64,000 nt of DNA. Origin: Myxococcota bacterium (GTDB taxonomy: Bacteria > Myxococcota_A > SURF-8). The DNA lies in assembly GCA_963674735.2 (NCBI GenBank), contig CAXXQS010000002.1, positions 224,001 to 288,000 on the forward strand, read 5' to 3'. The position numbers and the translations under genes were made by a program. The first letter of the stretch is position 1; each line of letters starts with the position of its first letter. A model generated the notes under the pieces. The model was not told where the DNA came from. It searched no databases and saw only the letters and a program-made list of their open reading frames with translations. Below, piece after piece: positions 37,588 to 48,872 of the stretch.

Positions 37588-38064
37588 TTAGACATTCCGC
37601 CCCAATCGTCCCCGGATCGATCGAACTTTCGCAAGAAGGAGACCGGCAACAGGTGAAAACAGCGCTGCCGAACGTCTGATCAACTTGGCTCCAACACCCT
37701 GCGCAATCGGAACTTCCCGGCCATTTCGCCAAACCGCAGACAAAACACCGATGAGCGATTCCGGCGGCCAGGGAGCATCGCTTTCATTTAGCCAATCGCC
37801 TTTTGTGATGAGCCACTGTTGGTTTTCACGGCTCATCTTCAAATAGCGATGCAGAACGAGAGAATCATCGTCACACATCAACACGATATCACCGGGAATG
37901 ACATCAGCAGGCGTGCTTGCTTTGATGGTCACCAATGTACCGGACGGCAAGAACGGACGCATACTGTGCCCCAGTGCCCGGAACGGCATATGACGTCCGG
38001 CCGCCAATCCCTCAAAAAAGACATCGGCAGAGACGTCAAGCTTGGATTTGGGTCGTTCCGGCAT
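37588..38064 (-). CDS. S24/S26-family peptidase (Ser-His type)
   Basis: GHSMRP, GDIV, LHR, TKGD motifs; start at 38064 ATG or 38073 GTG. Confidence 0.8.
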   Translation of the reverse strand: MPERPKSKLDVSADVFFEGLAAGRHMPFRALGHSMRPFLPSGTLVTIKASTPADVIPGDIVLMCDDDSLVLHRYLKMSRENQQWLITKGDWLNESDAPWPPESLIGVLSAVWRNGREVPIAQGVGAKLIRRSAALFSPVAGLLLAKVRSIRGRLGRNV

Positions 38065-38079
38065 TGGTCGCACCGCATG

Positions 38080-38103
38080 AAAACGGCGGGCAAAGCCCGC
38101 CGA
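38080..38103 (-). terminator. Terminator of the alpha operon
   Basis: CGGCGGGC-TTT-GCCCGCCG followed by TTTT. Confidence 0.75.
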
Positions 38104-38141
38104 TCATTGAATCATTCTGTTTTCAGCCATCCACCGAAGAT

Positions 38142-38558
38142 TTATTCTTCTTCGGCGGCTTCGGTCTTGGCTTTTTTCGGGGAGGCCGTCTTCAGGGTTT
38201 CATCCTCGCCCAAAAACTCGATAATGGAAACCGGCGCTGCATCACCCGCGCGATAACCTTCTTTGATAATACGCGTGTAACCGCCCGGACGCTCCATGAA
38301 ACGCGGGCCGTAATCGGCAAACAATTTGACCACCGCGCTGCGATTGAACACTTTGCGCGCTACCAGACGACGCGAATGCAGGTCGTCACGCTTAGCCATG
38401 GTCACCAGTTTCTCGACATAAGAACGCAGTTCCTTGGCCTTGGCGTCGGTCGTGCGGATCCGGCCGTGCTGGATCAGCGACGTAGCCAGGTTACGCAGAT
38501 TCGCCTTTTTGTGGCTGCTGTTGCGTCCAATTCTTCTGCCTGCAATCCGATGTCGCAT
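38142..38558 (-). CDS. rplQ: 50S ribosomal protein L17
   Basis: [20 protein letters not shown]. Confidence 0.98.
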   Translation of the reverse strand: MRHRIAGRRIGRNSSHKKANLRNLATSLIQHGRIRTTDAKAKELRSYVEKLVTMAKRDDLHSRRLVARKVFNRSAVVKLFADYGPRFMERPGGYTRIIKEGYRAGDAAPVSIIEFLGEDETLKTASPKKAKTEAAEEE

Positions 38559-38630
38559 CGTTCAGATCCTTTCTTCGACTACTCCGGGCCGATACTCATT
38601 CCGATCGGCCCGCAAAAACCGCATGGCGGT

Positions 38631-39620
38631 TTACTGTTTATCCTTCGGGGGCACGAATCCGTCGAGCTTCATTCCCAACGACAGCCCCATCTCGGCCAGG
38701 ATTTCCTTGATTTCGTTCAAGGACTTTCGACCGAAATTCTTAGTTTTGAGCATCTCGGCTTCAGTGCGCTGCACCAGCTCGTAGATATAACGAATATTGG
38801 CGTTCTGCAGGCAGTTGGCGGAACGGACCGAAAGTTCCAGCTCGTCGACCGACCGCAGCAGATTCTTGTTGAATTCTTCTTCCGGCTCTTGAACTTCCGG
38901 AATTTCAGCATCGACCGTTTCATCAAAGCTGATGAAGATGTTGAGCTGCTCTTTCAGGATCTTGGCAGCGAAACCCACCGCGTCATCCGGCCTTACCGCG
39001 CCGTTGGTGCTGACTTCGAGAGTCAGTTTATCGAAATCGATGCGCTGACCGACACGCGACTGGCTGATATGATAGTTAACGTCGCGAACGGGTGAGTAAT
39101 TGGCGTCGATCGGAATCGTGTTAAGCGGAAGATCCTGCTCGTTGATGCTGCCGGCCGCCACGTAGCCGCGTCCCATCGTAACCGTCAATTCCATGTTGAA
39201 GACCCCGCCATCACCGACAGTGGCGATATGATGGTCGGGATTCATCACTTCCAAGCTGGTCGAGACGAAATCTCCGGCGGTCACTTCGCAGGGGCCCTTC
39301 TTTTCAACCATCACAACAACCCGCTCGGAGTCGCTGAGCATTTTAAGGTCGACCTGCTTCAGATTCAGGACGATCTGAGTCACGTCCTCCACCACTTCGG
39401 GAATGGTGGCGAATTCGTGCAGCACACCCTCGATTTTGACAGCCGAAATAGCCGCACCACGCAAGGAAGAAAGCAATATCCGGCGCAACGCATTACCGAT
39501 AGTCGTGCCATAGCCGCGCATGAGAGGCTCGCAGTAGAACTTGCCGAAACGCTCGGTCAACGTATCGCGGTCGAATTCGAGTTGTTTCGGTTTGATCAGA
39601 TCGTACCACTGCTTATACAT
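38631..39620 (-). CDS. rpoA: RNA polymerase alpha subunit
   Basis: [32 protein letters not shown]. Confidence 0.98.
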   Translation of the reverse strand: MYKQWYDLIKPKQLEFDRDTLTERFGKFYCEPLMRGYGTTIGNALRRILLSSLRGAAISAVKIEGVLHEFATIPEVVEDVTQIVLNLKQVDLKMLSDSERVVVMVEKKGPCEVTAGDFVSTSLEVMNPDHHIATVGDGGVFNMELTVTMGRGYVAAGSINEQDLPLNTIPIDANYSPVRDVNYHISQSRVGQRIDFDKLTLEVSTNGAVRPDDAVGFAAKILKEQLNIFISFDETVDAEIPEVQEPEEEFNKNLLRSVDELELSVRSANCLQNANIRYIYELVQRTEAEMLKTKNFGRKSLNEIKEILAEMGLSLGMKLDGFVPPKDKQ

Positions 39621-39657
39621 GGCTCCTCCTTGGATTGGTGGCCAGGTGCCTTACCAC

Positions 39658-40290
39658 TTATTTCGAGTAAAGCTCGACAATCAGTCGCTCGTTGATATCG
39701 AGCTGAATGTCCTCACGGGATGGCGGCTGCTTGATGCTGCCCTTGAGGGCTTTCGGGTCGAGTTCGAGCCACCCGGGGATGCCACGCCGTTCGATGCCGG
39801 CAACATTCTCTTGGAAGATCGAAAGTTTACGGCTTTTCTCGATAATCTGAATTTCGTCACCGGGACGAACCTGCATCGAGGGAATACTCACCCGATGACC
39901 ATTCATCGAAAAATGACGGTGCCGTACAAGCTGCCGAGCCTGGCTGCGCGTCGCAGCAAAACCCAAGCGGTACACCACGTTATCGAGCCGCTGTTCGAGC
40001 AAACGAAGCAGATTTTCACCGGTGATGCCCTTCTGGCGATCGGCTTTGGCGAAGTAATTGCGGAACTGCTTCTCCAGCACACCGTAAATACGACGTACCT
40101 TTTGCTTTTCGCGCAACTGCAAACCATACTCGGTTACTTTGTGGCGACCGAAACCGTGTTCCCCGGGGGGATAGGGTCGGCGTTTCTGCTCCATCACACA
40201 TTTGGTCGTAAAGCAGCGCTCGCCTTTGAGAAAGAGTTTGCCTCCTTCGCGACGGCACTGACGACATTTCGCACCTGTATACTTGGCCAA
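39658..40290 (-). CDS. rpsD: 30S ribosomal protein S4
   Basis: [25 protein letters not shown]; TTG start. Confidence 0.98.
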   Translation of the reverse strand: MAKYTGAKCRQCRREGGKLFLKGERCFTTKCVMEQKRRPYPPGEHGFGRHKVTEYGLQLREKQKVRRIYGVLEKQFRNYFAKADRQKGITGENLLRLLEQRLDNVVYRLGFAATRSQARQLVRHRHFSMNGHRVSIPSMQVRPGDEIQIIEKSRKLSIFQENVAGIERRGIPGWLELDPKALKGSIKQPPSREDIQLDINERLIVELYSK

Positions 40291-40321
40291 AGCTTATTCC
40301 TCCTTCATGCGTCCAGCGGTA

Positions 40322-40714
40322 TTACACACGCCGACGTTTGGGTGCGCGGCAGCCGTTGTGCGGAACCGGAGTCACGTCACGGATCAAGGTGACTTTCAAA
40401 CCAGACGCGGACAAGGCACGCAACGCGGCTTCACGCCCCGAACCCGGACCTTTCACGTAAACCGACACGTTCTGCAAACCGTGCTCCTTGGCCTTTTTGG
40501 CCGCTTCTTCGGACGCCGACTGCGCAGCAAACGGCGTGCTTTTGCGGGAGCCGCGGAAGCCGAGCGAACCGGCGCTGGACCACGCTATCGCATTACCTGA
40601 AACATCCGTAATTGTGATCAGCGTATTATTGAACGTACTTTGGATGTACGCAATGCCGGTCTGGATGTTTTTCTTGACCTTCTTCGTACGCGCCTTGCGC
40701 GATGATTTTGCCAT
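40322..40714 (-). CDS. rpsK: 30S ribosomal protein S11
   Basis: [24 protein letters not shown]. Confidence 0.98.
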   Translation of the reverse strand: MAKSSRKARTKKVKKNIQTGIAYIQSTFNNTLITITDVSGNAIAWSSAGSLGFRGSRKSTPFAAQSASEEAAKKAKEHGLQNVSVYVKGPGSGREAALRALSASGLKVTLIRDVTPVPHNGCRAPKRRRV

Positions 40715-40740
40715 GACTCCTCCGATTCGTCACGCGAGGG

Positions 40741-41106
40741 CTATTTTTTTCGTCCGAGAATCTTGCGCGGGCCTTTGAGGGTCCGTGCATTCGTATGAGT
40801 CCGCTGACCACGACTTGGCAGACCACGACGATGGCGCAGACCTCGGTAACAACCAAGATCCATCAGGCGCTTGATGTTCATCTGTACCTTACGGCGCAGA
40901 TCACCTTCCACCGTGTATTGACCTTCCAAAACCTTACGGATCTTCTGGACATCGTCCTCGGTCAGAGCATCCGATTTCAAGTTGGGATCCACTCCCGCCT
41001 TATCGAGAATGATCTTGGCCGAGGTCCGCCCGATGCCGTAGATATAGGTAAGCGCAATATCCATGCGCTTACGCTTCGGCAAATCTACACCCGCAATACG
41101 TGCCAC
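40741..41106 (-). CDS. rpsM: 30S ribosomal protein S13
   Basis: [20 protein letters not shown]; GTG start. Confidence 0.98.
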   Translation of the reverse strand: MARIAGVDLPKRKRMDIALTYIYGIGRTSAKIILDKAGVDPNLKSDALTEDDVQKIRKVLEGQYTVEGDLRRKVQMNIKRLMDLGCYRGLRHRRGLPSRGQRTHTNARTLKGPRKILGRKK

Positions 41107-41145
41107 TGTTATCTCCTTTGATCGTCCTGCCTAAACCAGCGCAAG

Positions 41146-41259
41146 CTAGCCTTGGACCTGCTTATGCTTCGGATTTTCGCAGATCACGCGAACCTTGCCT
41201 TTGCGCTTGATGATCTTGCATTTATCGCACATTTTTCGTACCGACGCTCTCACCTTCAT
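41146..41259 (-). CDS. rpmJ: 50S ribosomal protein L36 (not in the ORF track)
   Basis: Translates to [37 protein letters not shown]. Confidence 0.97.
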   Translation of the reverse strand: MKVRASVRKMCDKCKIIKRKGKVRVICENPKHKQVQG

Positions 41260-41292
41260 CCTGCTTCTCCTTACTTAAGCGAACTCCGCACC

Positions 41293-42039
41293 TCAAGTGA
41301 GGATGCGAGGACCGCCCGCAGTAATAGCAATCGAATGCTCCCAGTGAGCCGAAAGCTTGCCATCCGCTGTCACGACGGTCCATTCATCATCGAGGACACG
41401 AACCTCGTAAGTTCCTTCATTGACCATGGGCTCAATCGCGAGCACCATGCCTTCTCGCAGCCTAGGTCCTCGACCCGCCGGGCCGTAATTCGCTACTTGC
41501 GGGTCTTCGTGCAAGGCGCGCCCGACACCATGGCCGACGAATTGCCGAACCACCGAAAAGCCACGCGCTTCCACATGTTGCTGAACGGCGTGCCCGATGT
41601 CTCCCAAACGGTTACCCGGAAGCATCTTTTCGATACCCTTGTACAGGCTATCGCGGGTGTCCTGCGACAAGCGCCGAGCCACGTCGGACACATGCTCACC
41701 AACCAGGTGCGTCTGTGCCGCATCGCCATACCAGCCACCCAAAATCACGCCCAGATCGATACCGATCAGGTCGCCGTCCTTGAGTGTTCGCGTCGCGCTT
41801 GGAATGCCGTGTACCACCTCATCGTTGATCGAGGTGCACAACGTTGCAGGAAAACCCTGGTAACCCTTGAAAGCCGGAACCCCGCCTCGGCGAAGAATCA
41901 GATCCTCGGCCACGCGATCCAGTTCAAGGGTGCTGACTCCAGGCGCGATGAGTTTCTTCAACTCATTATGGACTTCAGCTACAATTTGTCCAGCTTCAAA
42001 GATCCGGTCGATTTCCTCTGCACTACGCAGATGAATCAT
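41293..42039 (-). CDS. map: Methionine aminopeptidase type I
   Basis: SINDEVVHGIP, GHGVG, AIEPM, SAHWEH. Confidence 0.97.
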   Translation of the reverse strand: MIHLRSAEEIDRIFEAGQIVAEVHNELKKLIAPGVSTLELDRVAEDLILRRGGVPAFKGYQGFPATLCTSINDEVVHGIPSATRTLKDGDLIGIDLGVILGGWYGDAAQTHLVGEHVSDVARRLSQDTRDSLYKGIEKMLPGNRLGDIGHAVQQHVEARGFSVVRQFVGHGVGRALHEDPQVANYGPAGRGPRLREGMVLAIEPMVNEGTYEVRVLDDEWTVVTADGKLSAHWEHSIAITAGGPRILT

Positions 42040-42054
42040 TCTCTTATTCCCGGG

Positions 42055-42696
42055 TTATCCGAGGGACTTTTCGATCCGCTCGAACACCTCATCAAAAGAC
42101 CCGAGTCCGTCGATTTTGCGAGCCACACCGCGTTCGCTGTAATAATCGATCAAGGGCTTGGTCTGTTTGTGATATTCCGTCAGACGCTTCCCGATCGACT
42201 GCTCGTTGTCGTCGGAACGCTGATAGATTTCGCCGCCACACAGATCGCATACACCTTCGACCTTCGTGGGTTTGAACATCACGTGAAACTCGGCACCACA
42301 TTTTTTGCAAACCCGACGACCGGTCAGCCGCTTCATTAGTTCCTCATCCGGAACACCCAGCGTAACCACATGGTCGATGGCTTTACCCATATTTTTCAGC
42401 ACGTCACCCAATGCATCGGCCTGGGGAAGCGTGCGCGGAAATCCGTCGAGGAGAAAGCCATTCTGGCAATCGGGCAGGCTCAAGCGCTCACGCACGATCC
42501 CGACCACGACTTCATCGGGTACCAACGCACCCTTATCCATGTATTCTTTGGCTTTCGTGCCCATTTCGGTTCCTTCTTTGACCGCCGCGCGAAACATGTC
42601 GCCGGTGGAAATTTGAGGAACGTTATATCGGGCGATCACCTTTTTGGCCTGAGTCCCTTTACCGGCTCCCGGAGGGCCAAGAAAAATCAAATTCAT
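42055..42696 (-). CDS. adk: Adenylate kinase
   Basis: GPPGAGKGTQA, DGFPR, Zn-lid CxxC pairs. Confidence 0.98.
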   Translation of the reverse strand: MNLIFLGPPGAGKGTQAKKVIARYNVPQISTGDMFRAAVKEGTEMGTKAKEYMDKGALVPDEVVVGIVRERLSLPDCQNGFLLDGFPRTLPQADALGDVLKNMGKAIDHVVTLGVPDEELMKRLTGRRVCKKCGAEFHVMFKPTKVEGVCDLCGGEIYQRSDDNEQSIGKRLTEYHKQTKPLIDYYSERGVARKIDGLGSFDEVFERIEKSLG

Positions 42697-42723
42697 GCTA
42701 TTCCTCCTTAAATCTACCAGCTC

Positions 42724-44043
42724 TTATCGGGTGCGGCGGCCACGGATGCGCGGGCCTTTCGGTCCGGTAAAACCGTCATAGTGCCGCGTAATCAAATGCG
42801 ATTCAATCTGGCTGACGGTATCGAGCGCCACACCGACGACGATGAGGAGCGCGGTTCCGCCGAAATAAAAGGGGACATTCATTTGAGCCTGCAAAATCAT
42901 GGGCATGACGCAGATAACGGAGAGGTAAATCGCGCCCACGACGGTGATACGGGTCAAAACGATATCGATATACTCGGCGGTTTTCTTACCCGGACGAATG
43001 CCAGGAATATAGCCGCCGTATTTTTTCATGTTCTCCGCCACGTCCATCGGATCGAACTGAACTGCGGTATAGAAGAAGGTGAAGAACACGATCATCACAA
43101 CAAACAGCGTGTTGTAAACCCAGGAACCCGGGGTCATCGCATCTTGAACGAGCTGCACCCAGGGGTGGTCGATGAAGTTGGCCATGGTCGCCGGGAACAT
43201 GATGATCGAGCTGGCGAAGATCGGCGGAATCACGCCGGATGTGTTCAGTTTGAGCGGCAGATGGGTGGTCTGTCCACCGTACATCTTGCGTCCCACAACC
43301 CGCTTGGCATACTGCACCGGAATGCGGCGTTGAGCACGCTCGAAGAAAATGATGATCCCGATCACGACCACCATGAGGACCAGGAAGGCAACCAGGGCGA
43401 TCGGCGTTAACTGATCGCCGCGCACATAATCGATCGTCTGCTTGATCGCATTGGGAACACGAGCTACGATACCGCTGAAGATGATCAGCGAAATACCGTT
43501 ACCAATACCCTTTTCAGTAATCTGCTCGCCCAACCACATCAGGAAGGCAGTACCGGCCGTCATGGAAAGAACGGTCAGAATACGGAAACCCCAGCCCGCC
43601 ATGTCGGGATCGACCACCACTTGCGTCCCGATCTTAATCGATTCGAGCCACATGGCGATACCGAAACTCTGCACGACCGAAAGCACAACGGTGCCGTAAC
43701 GGGTAAACTGAGTAATCTTGCGGCGACCCGCTTCCCCTTCTTTTTTCAACTGCGCAAGGTAAGGCCAAACCACCGTTAACAGTTGGAAAATAATGGAGGA
43801 CGAGATGTAGGGCATGATACCGAGCGCGAAAACGGAGACCTGCTCCATCGCACCACCGGTAAACATGTTGAACAAGCCGAACAAACCGCCGGCCTGACCC
43901 ATGAATTCGCCCATAACCACGCGATTGACACCCGGCGTGGTAACAAAGATACCCAACCGGAAAACGGCAAGCAAAGAAAGCGTAAACAGGATGCGCCGCT
44001 TCAATTCCGGAATGCGAGCGATATTTGAAAATTGCGTCGCCAC
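42724..44043 (-). CDS. secY: Preprotein translocase SecY
   Basis: [23 protein letters not shown]. Confidence 0.98.
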   Translation of the reverse strand: MATQFSNIARIPELKRRILFTLSLLAVFRLGIFVTTPGVNRVVMGEFMGQAGGLFGLFNMFTGGAMEQVSVFALGIMPYISSSIIFQLLTVVWPYLAQLKKEGEAGRRKITQFTRYGTVVLSVVQSFGIAMWLESIKIGTQVVVDPDMAGWGFRILTVLSMTAGTAFLMWLGEQITEKGIGNGISLIIFSGIVARVPNAIKQTIDYVRGDQLTPIALVAFLVLMVVVIGIIIFFERAQRRIPVQYAKRVVGRKMYGGQTTHLPLKLNTSGVIPPIFASSIIMFPATMANFIDHPWVQLVQDAMTPGSWVYNTLFVVMIVFFTFFYTAVQFDPMDVAENMKKYGGYIPGIRPGKKTAEYIDIVLTRITVVGAIYLSVICVMPMILQAQMNVPFYFGGTALLIVVGVALDTVSQIESHLITRHYDGFTGPKGPRIRGRRTR

Positions 44044-44718
44044 TTAACCGATCTCCTCGATTTTGCCATGTGTCCGAGCGATGGCCCGACGGGCCGCGTT
44101 CGACACTTGCGAAACCTTGAACGTTTTGGCGTCTTTGAGATTTCCACGTTTGACGATACGAACGCGCGTCACATCTTCAGGCACCAAGCCAACCTTTTTA
44201 AGGCTTTCAAGGTCGATGACATCGCCTTCGACTTTTTTGGCTGCCTTCGCGGCATCCACTTCGAACGGGCGCGGTGTTTTGGCGATCAACTCGACCGTAC
44301 CGCCGGCCGCTTCGATTTTCTCGCGCGCACCCTTGGTGACCTTTTCGACCTTCACCGTCAGGGCGCGACTGATTTCGCCATCGCCCAAAATCTTCACGCC
44401 GTCTTTACCGTCACGAATCAAACCCGCTTCATCCAGCGCGTCGCGATCGATGACATCCGCCGTGACCCGTTCGAGATCCGACAACTTCACTTCAGCATAT
44501 TGCTTGCGGAAGATATTGGTGAACCCGAATTTGGGGATACGGCGATGAAGCGGCATCTGGCCACCTTCGAAACCGGGACGGGTGCCGCCGCCGGAACGGG
44601 AGTTCTGGCCTTTATGGCCTTTGGCCGCCGTTTTTCCCCAGCCGGACCCATGTCCGCGACCGATACGCTTCGCATTTTTGTTCGCACCCTTGGGCGCTTT
44701 GATATCACTCAGTTTCAT
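44044..44718 (-). CDS. rplO: 50S ribosomal protein L15 with a duplicated C-terminal domain
   Basis: GRGHGSG, GFEGGQMPL, IEAAGG, then a second degenerate copy of the domain. Confidence 0.95.
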   Translation of the reverse strand: MKLSDIKAPKGANKNAKRIGRGHGSGWGKTAAKGHKGQNSRSGGGTRPGFEGGQMPLHRRIPKFGFTNIFRKQYAEVKLSDLERVTADVIDRDALDEAGLIRDGKDGVKILGDGEISRALTVKVEKVTKGAREKIEAAGGTVELIAKTPRPFEVDAAKAAKKVEGDVIDLESLKKVGLVPEDVTRVRIVKRGNLKDAKTFKVSQVSNAARRAIARTHGKIEEIG

Positions 44719-44730
44719 GGCACCTAATCC

Positions 44731-44958
44731 TTAGGCTTTGGTTTTGGAGCGGTGATGACGCGCAGCAGTAAGCGCTTCCTCGGTCTCCTCGACCAGCACC
44801 AGATGCTTGATTTTGAACACCATCCCACGAATGTCCGGAGTATCGGGGCGCACCACACTGTGGCGGATGCGTTTAAGCCCAAGGCCCTTAAGCACCCGGC
44901 GATGCTTCTCAGGCCGACCAATCATGCTGCGGGTTTGGGTAATCTTGAGATTCGCCAT
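44731..44958 (-). CDS. rpmD: 50S ribosomal protein L30
   Basis: RSMIGR, LGLKRI, IRGM. Confidence 0.95.
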   Translation of the reverse strand: MANLKITQTRSMIGRPEKHRRVLKGLGLKRIRHSVVRPDTPDIRGMVFKIKHLVLVEETEEALTAARHHRSKTKA

Positions 44959-44970
44959 CTGTCCCTCTCC

Positions 44971-45483
44971 TTAACCGGCCAATTCTTCAGGGGTTTTCCC
45001 GAGACGTTTGGCGTATTCCTCCATCGTAATCAGATTCTCGAGACCGTTCAACACGGCCCGCGACACGTTGTGCGGATTACGCGTGCCAATGATTTTCGAG
45101 AGGATATTGGCCACACCTGCCGATTCCAGAATGGCACGGACGGTTCCGCCCGCGATAATCCCGGTACCAGGCGAAGCGGGCCTCAGCACCACCTTCGCCG
45201 CGCCGAAACGACCGATAATCTCATGGGGAATCGTTCCATTGACGATCGGAATACGGACCATGGAGCGCTTGGCCTGTTCGCCAGCCTTCCGGATCGCTTC
45301 CGGAACTTCGTTGGCTTTACCGGTTCCCACTCCGACCTTTCCGTTATTATCGCCTACAACCACGATCGCGCTGAAGGAAAAGCGACGACCGCCCTTCACC
45401 ACCTTCGCAACGCGGTTGATATGGATAATCCGATCCTGGAATTCTTCTTCTCCAGGGTTTTGCTTTTTGAATCTAGACTCCAC
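44971..45483 (-). CDS. rpsE: 30S ribosomal protein S5
   Basis: [24 protein letters not shown]; GTG start. Confidence 0.98.
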   Translation of the reverse strand: MESRFKKQNPGEEEFQDRIIHINRVAKVVKGGRRFSFSAIVVVGDNNGKVGVGTGKANEVPEAIRKAGEQAKRSMVRIPIVNGTIPHEIIGRFGAAKVVLRPASPGTGIIAGGTVRAILESAGVANILSKIIGTRNPHNVSRAVLNGLENLITMEEYAKRLGKTPEELAG

Positions 45484-45510
45484 GAAAGCCTCCTTTTGCG
45501 CACATGCGTC

Positions 45511-45972
45511 TTAAAATTCGAGACCTGCTTTGCGCGCGCCCTCCGCCAGGCTTTTAACCCGACCATGGTAGCGATAGCCTCCGCGGTCGAAAACGACTTT
45601 GGAGATGTTCTTGGCTTTGCAGCGTTCGGCGATGGCCTCACCGATTTTGGCGGCAATCAACTGATTGATCGTCACCACCGGCTCAGGCTTTTCCTCTTTC
45701 TTTTTGCCCTTCTTCTTGCCACCCTCTTCCGCGGGTTTTGCTTCCGCGGGTTTGGGAGGATTCTTGCGCAAGGTTTCGATCTCGTCGCGCATACTTTGGT
45801 CATTGGACGAAGCGGCAACCAGTGTGTTTCCCGTGCTGTCGTCGATAACCTGGGCGTAAATATGTTCCAGACTTCGGAAAACACTCAAGCGCGGACGCTC
45901 AGTTGTCCCCGAAACCCTCCGGCGAATCCGCTTTTTGCGGTAAATTCGCTTTTGTTCTTTCATGTTCGGCAT
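45511..45972 (-). CDS. rplR: 50S ribosomal protein L18 with an internal insertion
   Basis: [22 protein letters not shown]. Confidence 0.96.
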   Translation of the reverse strand: MPNMKEQKRIYRKKRIRRRVSGTTERPRLSVFRSLEHIYAQVIDDSTGNTLVAASSNDQSMRDEIETLRKNPPKPAEAKPAEEGGKKKGKKKEEKPEPVVTINQLIAAKIGEAIAERCKAKNISKVVFDRGGYRYHGRVKSLAEGARKAGLEF

Positions 45973-46039
45973 TTCAGTACTCCCTCGATGATAAAGGGAT
46001 GAATAATCCGCAATTCACCGGTAATGTTTATGAGTCCGG

Positions 46040-46582
46040 CTACTTACCGGCCGTCTTTCCGGCCTTGCGCCGCACGTTCTCACCCGTATAGCGCACACCC
46101 TTACCCTTGTAAGGCTCCGGCGGACGCAGGCTGCGGATATTGGCCGAGACCTGTCCCAAGAGCTGCTTATCATGGCTGCTCAAGATGATATGGTTGGTCT
46201 TCGGTACGACTTCCGCCTTGACGCCCTTGGGGAGTTCGAAAAGAATCGGGTGCGAATAACCGAGGTTGAACTCGATCGCGTTACCCTTTTCTTCCGCGCG
46301 ATAGCCGACACCCACGATGTCCAGCTCCCGCTTGAATCCCGTCGAAACACCGGTGACCATGTTGCCGATCAGCGCCCTGTACAGCCCGTGAAAAGCGCGG
46401 GTCTGCTTGGCTTCGTTCGCCCGCGAACAGACAATCTGCTTGTCTTCCACAGCGACCGTGATCAACGGATTGATCTCTTGGCTCATTTCGCCCAGAGGGC
46501 CTTTTACCCGCACCAGGGTACCGTCGATTTTAATCTCGACTTTGTCCGGGATCGGGATCGGTAATTTTCCAATTCTCGACAT
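46040..46582 (-). CDS. rplF: 50S ribosomal protein L6
   Basis: MSRIGK, PEPYKGKG; start moved to ATG 46582. Confidence 0.98.
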   Translation of the reverse strand: MSRIGKLPIPIPDKVEIKIDGTLVRVKGPLGEMSQEINPLITVAVEDKQIVCSRANEAKQTRAFHGLYRALIGNMVTGVSTGFKRELDIVGVGYRAEEKGNAIEFNLGYSHPILFELPKGVKAEVVPKTNHIILSSHDKQLLGQVSANIRSLRPPEPYKGKGVRYTGENVRRKAGKTAGK

Positions 46583-46604
46583 AGCTTTATCCCTGCGCTG
46601 CCTG

Positions 46605-47003
46605 TTACCAAACGGAACAGATAAGTTCGCCGCCAACGCCCTGCTTCCGAGCTTCCCGATCCGACATCACCCCGCGGGATGTGGAGAGGATAGCGGTGCC
46701 CATGCCATTGCGCACCTTTGGAATTTTGTCGTGGCGGACATAATGGCGCAATCCCGGTCGGCTGACTCTTTTAAGACCTTCGATAACGGGTTCCCTGTTA
46801 TCGAGGTATCGCAGCCCGATCACGATTTCGTCGAAACGACCCTGTTTGGCGACATTGAAGCTTTTGATGTACCCCTCATCGCGCAAAATGTTCAGGATCC
46901 GCAATTTCATTTTAGACGAGGGGCAAGCCACCTTATCCAGCCTCGCTTTGGAAGCGTTTCGGATTCTCGTCAGCAGATCGGCGATGGGATCTGTCATGCT
47001 CAT
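46605..47003 (-). CDS. rpsH: 30S ribosomal protein S8
   Basis: DPIADLLTRIRNA, SRPGLR. Confidence 0.98.
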   Translation of the reverse strand: MSMTDPIADLLTRIRNASKARLDKVACPSSKMKLRILNILRDEGYIKSFNVAKQGRFDEIVIGLRYLDNREPVIEGLKRVSRPGLRHYVRHDKIPKVRNGMGTAILSTSRGVMSDREARKQGVGGELICSVW

Positions 47004-47054
47004 GGTCCATCCTCACTTATCTGCGGTGTCTACTCGCTTAAGCGCACCGTTAGT

Positions 47055-47240
47055 TTACCAGCTCGCCTTCGTCACGCCGGGCAGGAGCCCGAACGAAGCA
47101 TTGTTACGCAGACAGATACGGCACATTCCAAACTTGCGGTAGTACCCGCGTGACCGTCCGCAAAACGGACAGCGATTGTAAGTGCGCACCTTGAATTTCG
47201 GTTTCCGCAAAGCTTTTTCTCGCAAACATTGCTTCGCCAA
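47055..47240 (-). CDS. rpsN: 30S ribosomal protein S14, zinc-binding type
   Basis: CPFCGR...[12 protein letters not shown]; TTG start. Confidence 0.97.
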   Translation of the reverse strand: MAKQCLREKALRKPKFKVRTYNRCPFCGRSRGYYRKFGMCRICLRNNASFGLLPGVTKASW

Positions 47241-47266
47241 TGTTTCCTCCTGCTCGTCGTCCGTTC

Positions 47267-47806
47267 TCAGTGCTTGAACGGCATGCCAAAGTATTTAAGA
47301 AGCGCTCGTGATTCTTCGTCCGTCTCAGCAGTCGTGACGATGGTCACGTTGAGCCCCTTGATCTTATCGATCTTGTCGTAATCGATTTCCGGAAAAATGA
47401 TTTCTTCACGAATGCCCAGGCTGTAATTCCCGCGTCCGTCGAACGCCTTTTGCGATACGCCTTTGAAGTCGCGAACACGCGGCATGGCGATATTGACCAG
47501 GCGGTCTAGGAACTCATACATACGCGCGCCCCGCAATGTCACCTTCGCACCGATTTTCATTCCCTCGCGAAGCTTGAACTGCGCGATGGATTTCCGTGCG
47601 ATCGTAACAACCGGCGCCTGTCCGGAGATGCTGCGCAGTTCATCGACTGCACTTTCCATCACCTTCGGATTCTGAATCGCCTCACCAAGCCCCATGTTGA
47701 CCACAATTTTGACCAACCGTGGAACCTGCATCTGATTCTTGTACTCGAAATCCTTCATCATCTTGGGGATGATGTTCGTTTGGAATTCGGTGCGCAAACG
47801 TGCCAT
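47267..47806 (-). CDS. rplE: 50S ribosomal protein L5
   Basis: [24 protein letters not shown]. Confidence 0.98.
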   Translation of the reverse strand: MARLRTEFQTNIIPKMMKDFEYKNQMQVPRLVKIVVNMGLGEAIQNPKVMESAVDELRSISGQAPVVTIARKSIAQFKLREGMKIGAKVTLRGARMYEFLDRLVNIAMPRVRDFKGVSQKAFDGRGNYSLGIREEIIFPEIDYDKIDKIKGLNVTIVTTAETDEESRALLKYFGMPFKH

Positions 47807-47821
47807 CAGTACCGTCCTCCT

Positions 47822-48145
47822 TTACTCGAACACTTCGCCCGTGCGGGCGCAGCGGCGAATGACCTTGCCGTTGTCCAGCACATGACGCTTCGCCTTGGTC
47901 GGTTTTCCGTCGGCCGGCGAAATAAGACGGAGGTTCGACACGTCAATGGGGGCTTCTTTTTCGATAATGCCGCCAGTCGGGTTTTTCTGATTCGGTCGCT
48001 GGTGGCGTTTGATCATGTTGATTCGCTCAACGACGACCCGATTCTTTTCAGCGAGAACATAGAGCACTTTGCCGCGGTTGCCTTTCGAGCTACCCGCAAT
48101 GACCTCTACCGTGTCCCCTTTTTTAATATGCAGCTTGTTCGCCAT
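47822..48145 (-). CDS. rplX: 50S ribosomal protein L24
   Basis: KKGDTVEVIAG, GGIIEKEAPI. Confidence 0.98.
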   Translation of the reverse strand: MANKLHIKKGDTVEVIAGSSKGNRGKVLYVLAEKNRVVVERINMIKRHQRPNQKNPTGGIIEKEAPIDVSNLRLISPADGKPTKAKRHVLDNGKVIRRCARTGEVFE

Positions 48146-48168
48146 CGTTCACTCCTTACCCGCCGGGC

Positions 48169-48537
48169 CTACAGCACTTCGGGGGCTAGCGAAATGATTT
48201 TCATGAAGCGCTGCTGTCGCAGCTCGCGGGCCACCGGACCAAAAATGCGAGTACCGATCGGCTCTGAATTGGCATTAACCAACACAGCGGAATTCGTATC
48301 GAACTTCAGGTAAGTGCCGTTGGCGCGGACGATCTCTTTTGCAGTACGCACGACGACCGCCTTGACCACATCACCCTTTTTAACCTTGGAGTTGGGCATC
48401 GCTTCCTTAACCGAGGCCACGATGATATCGCCGACCCGGGCATATTTGCGTTTAGATCCGCCCAACACCTTGATGCACATCACTTTCTTGGCGCCGGAGT
48501 TGTCGGCAACATCCAATACGGTTTGCATCTGAATCAT
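48169..48537 (-). CDS. rplN: 50S ribosomal protein L14
   Basis: [19 protein letters not shown]. Confidence 0.98.
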   Translation of the reverse strand: MIQMQTVLDVADNSGAKKVMCIKVLGGSKRKYARVGDIIVASVKEAMPNSKVKKGDVVKAVVVRTAKEIVRANGTYLKFDTNSAVLVNANSEPIGTRIFGPVARELRQQRFMKIISLAPEVL

Positions 48538-48573
48538 GGCTTAACTCCACTTGCTCGCTAGTTAGACCCGTAA

Positions 48574-48831
48574 CTACATTGCCTTCTTGAGGACCTGCTT
48601 CACACGCCAGTGTTTGGTGCGCGATAACGGCCGGGTCTCCTCCAGGAGCACCTCGTCGCCGACACGACAAGCGTTGCTTTCGTCGTGCGCCTTGTAGTGC
48701 TTGCTGGTCGAAACGTATTTTTTGAAAAGAGCATGCTTGAAGCGACGCGTGACATTGACCACGACGGTCTTGTCCATTTTATCGCTTGTCACGATCCCTT
48801 GCCTGGTTTTGCGGTTCCCGCGCTCACTCAT
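48574..48831 (-). CDS. rpsQ: 30S ribosomal protein S17
   Basis: [16 protein letters not shown]. Confidence 0.98.
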   Translation of the reverse strand: MSERGNRKTRQGIVTSDKMDKTVVVNVTRRFKHALFKKYVSTSKHYKAHDESNACRVGDEVLLEETRPLSRTKHWRVKQVLKKAM

Positions 48832-48872
48832 GATCCATCACCTTTCCTATGAATCGTCCCGGCTGATAAGGA

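Noticed and set aside
41260-41292. infA missing between map and rpmJ
   Set aside because: Real, but relocation of infA is common in deltaproteobacteria and other groups.
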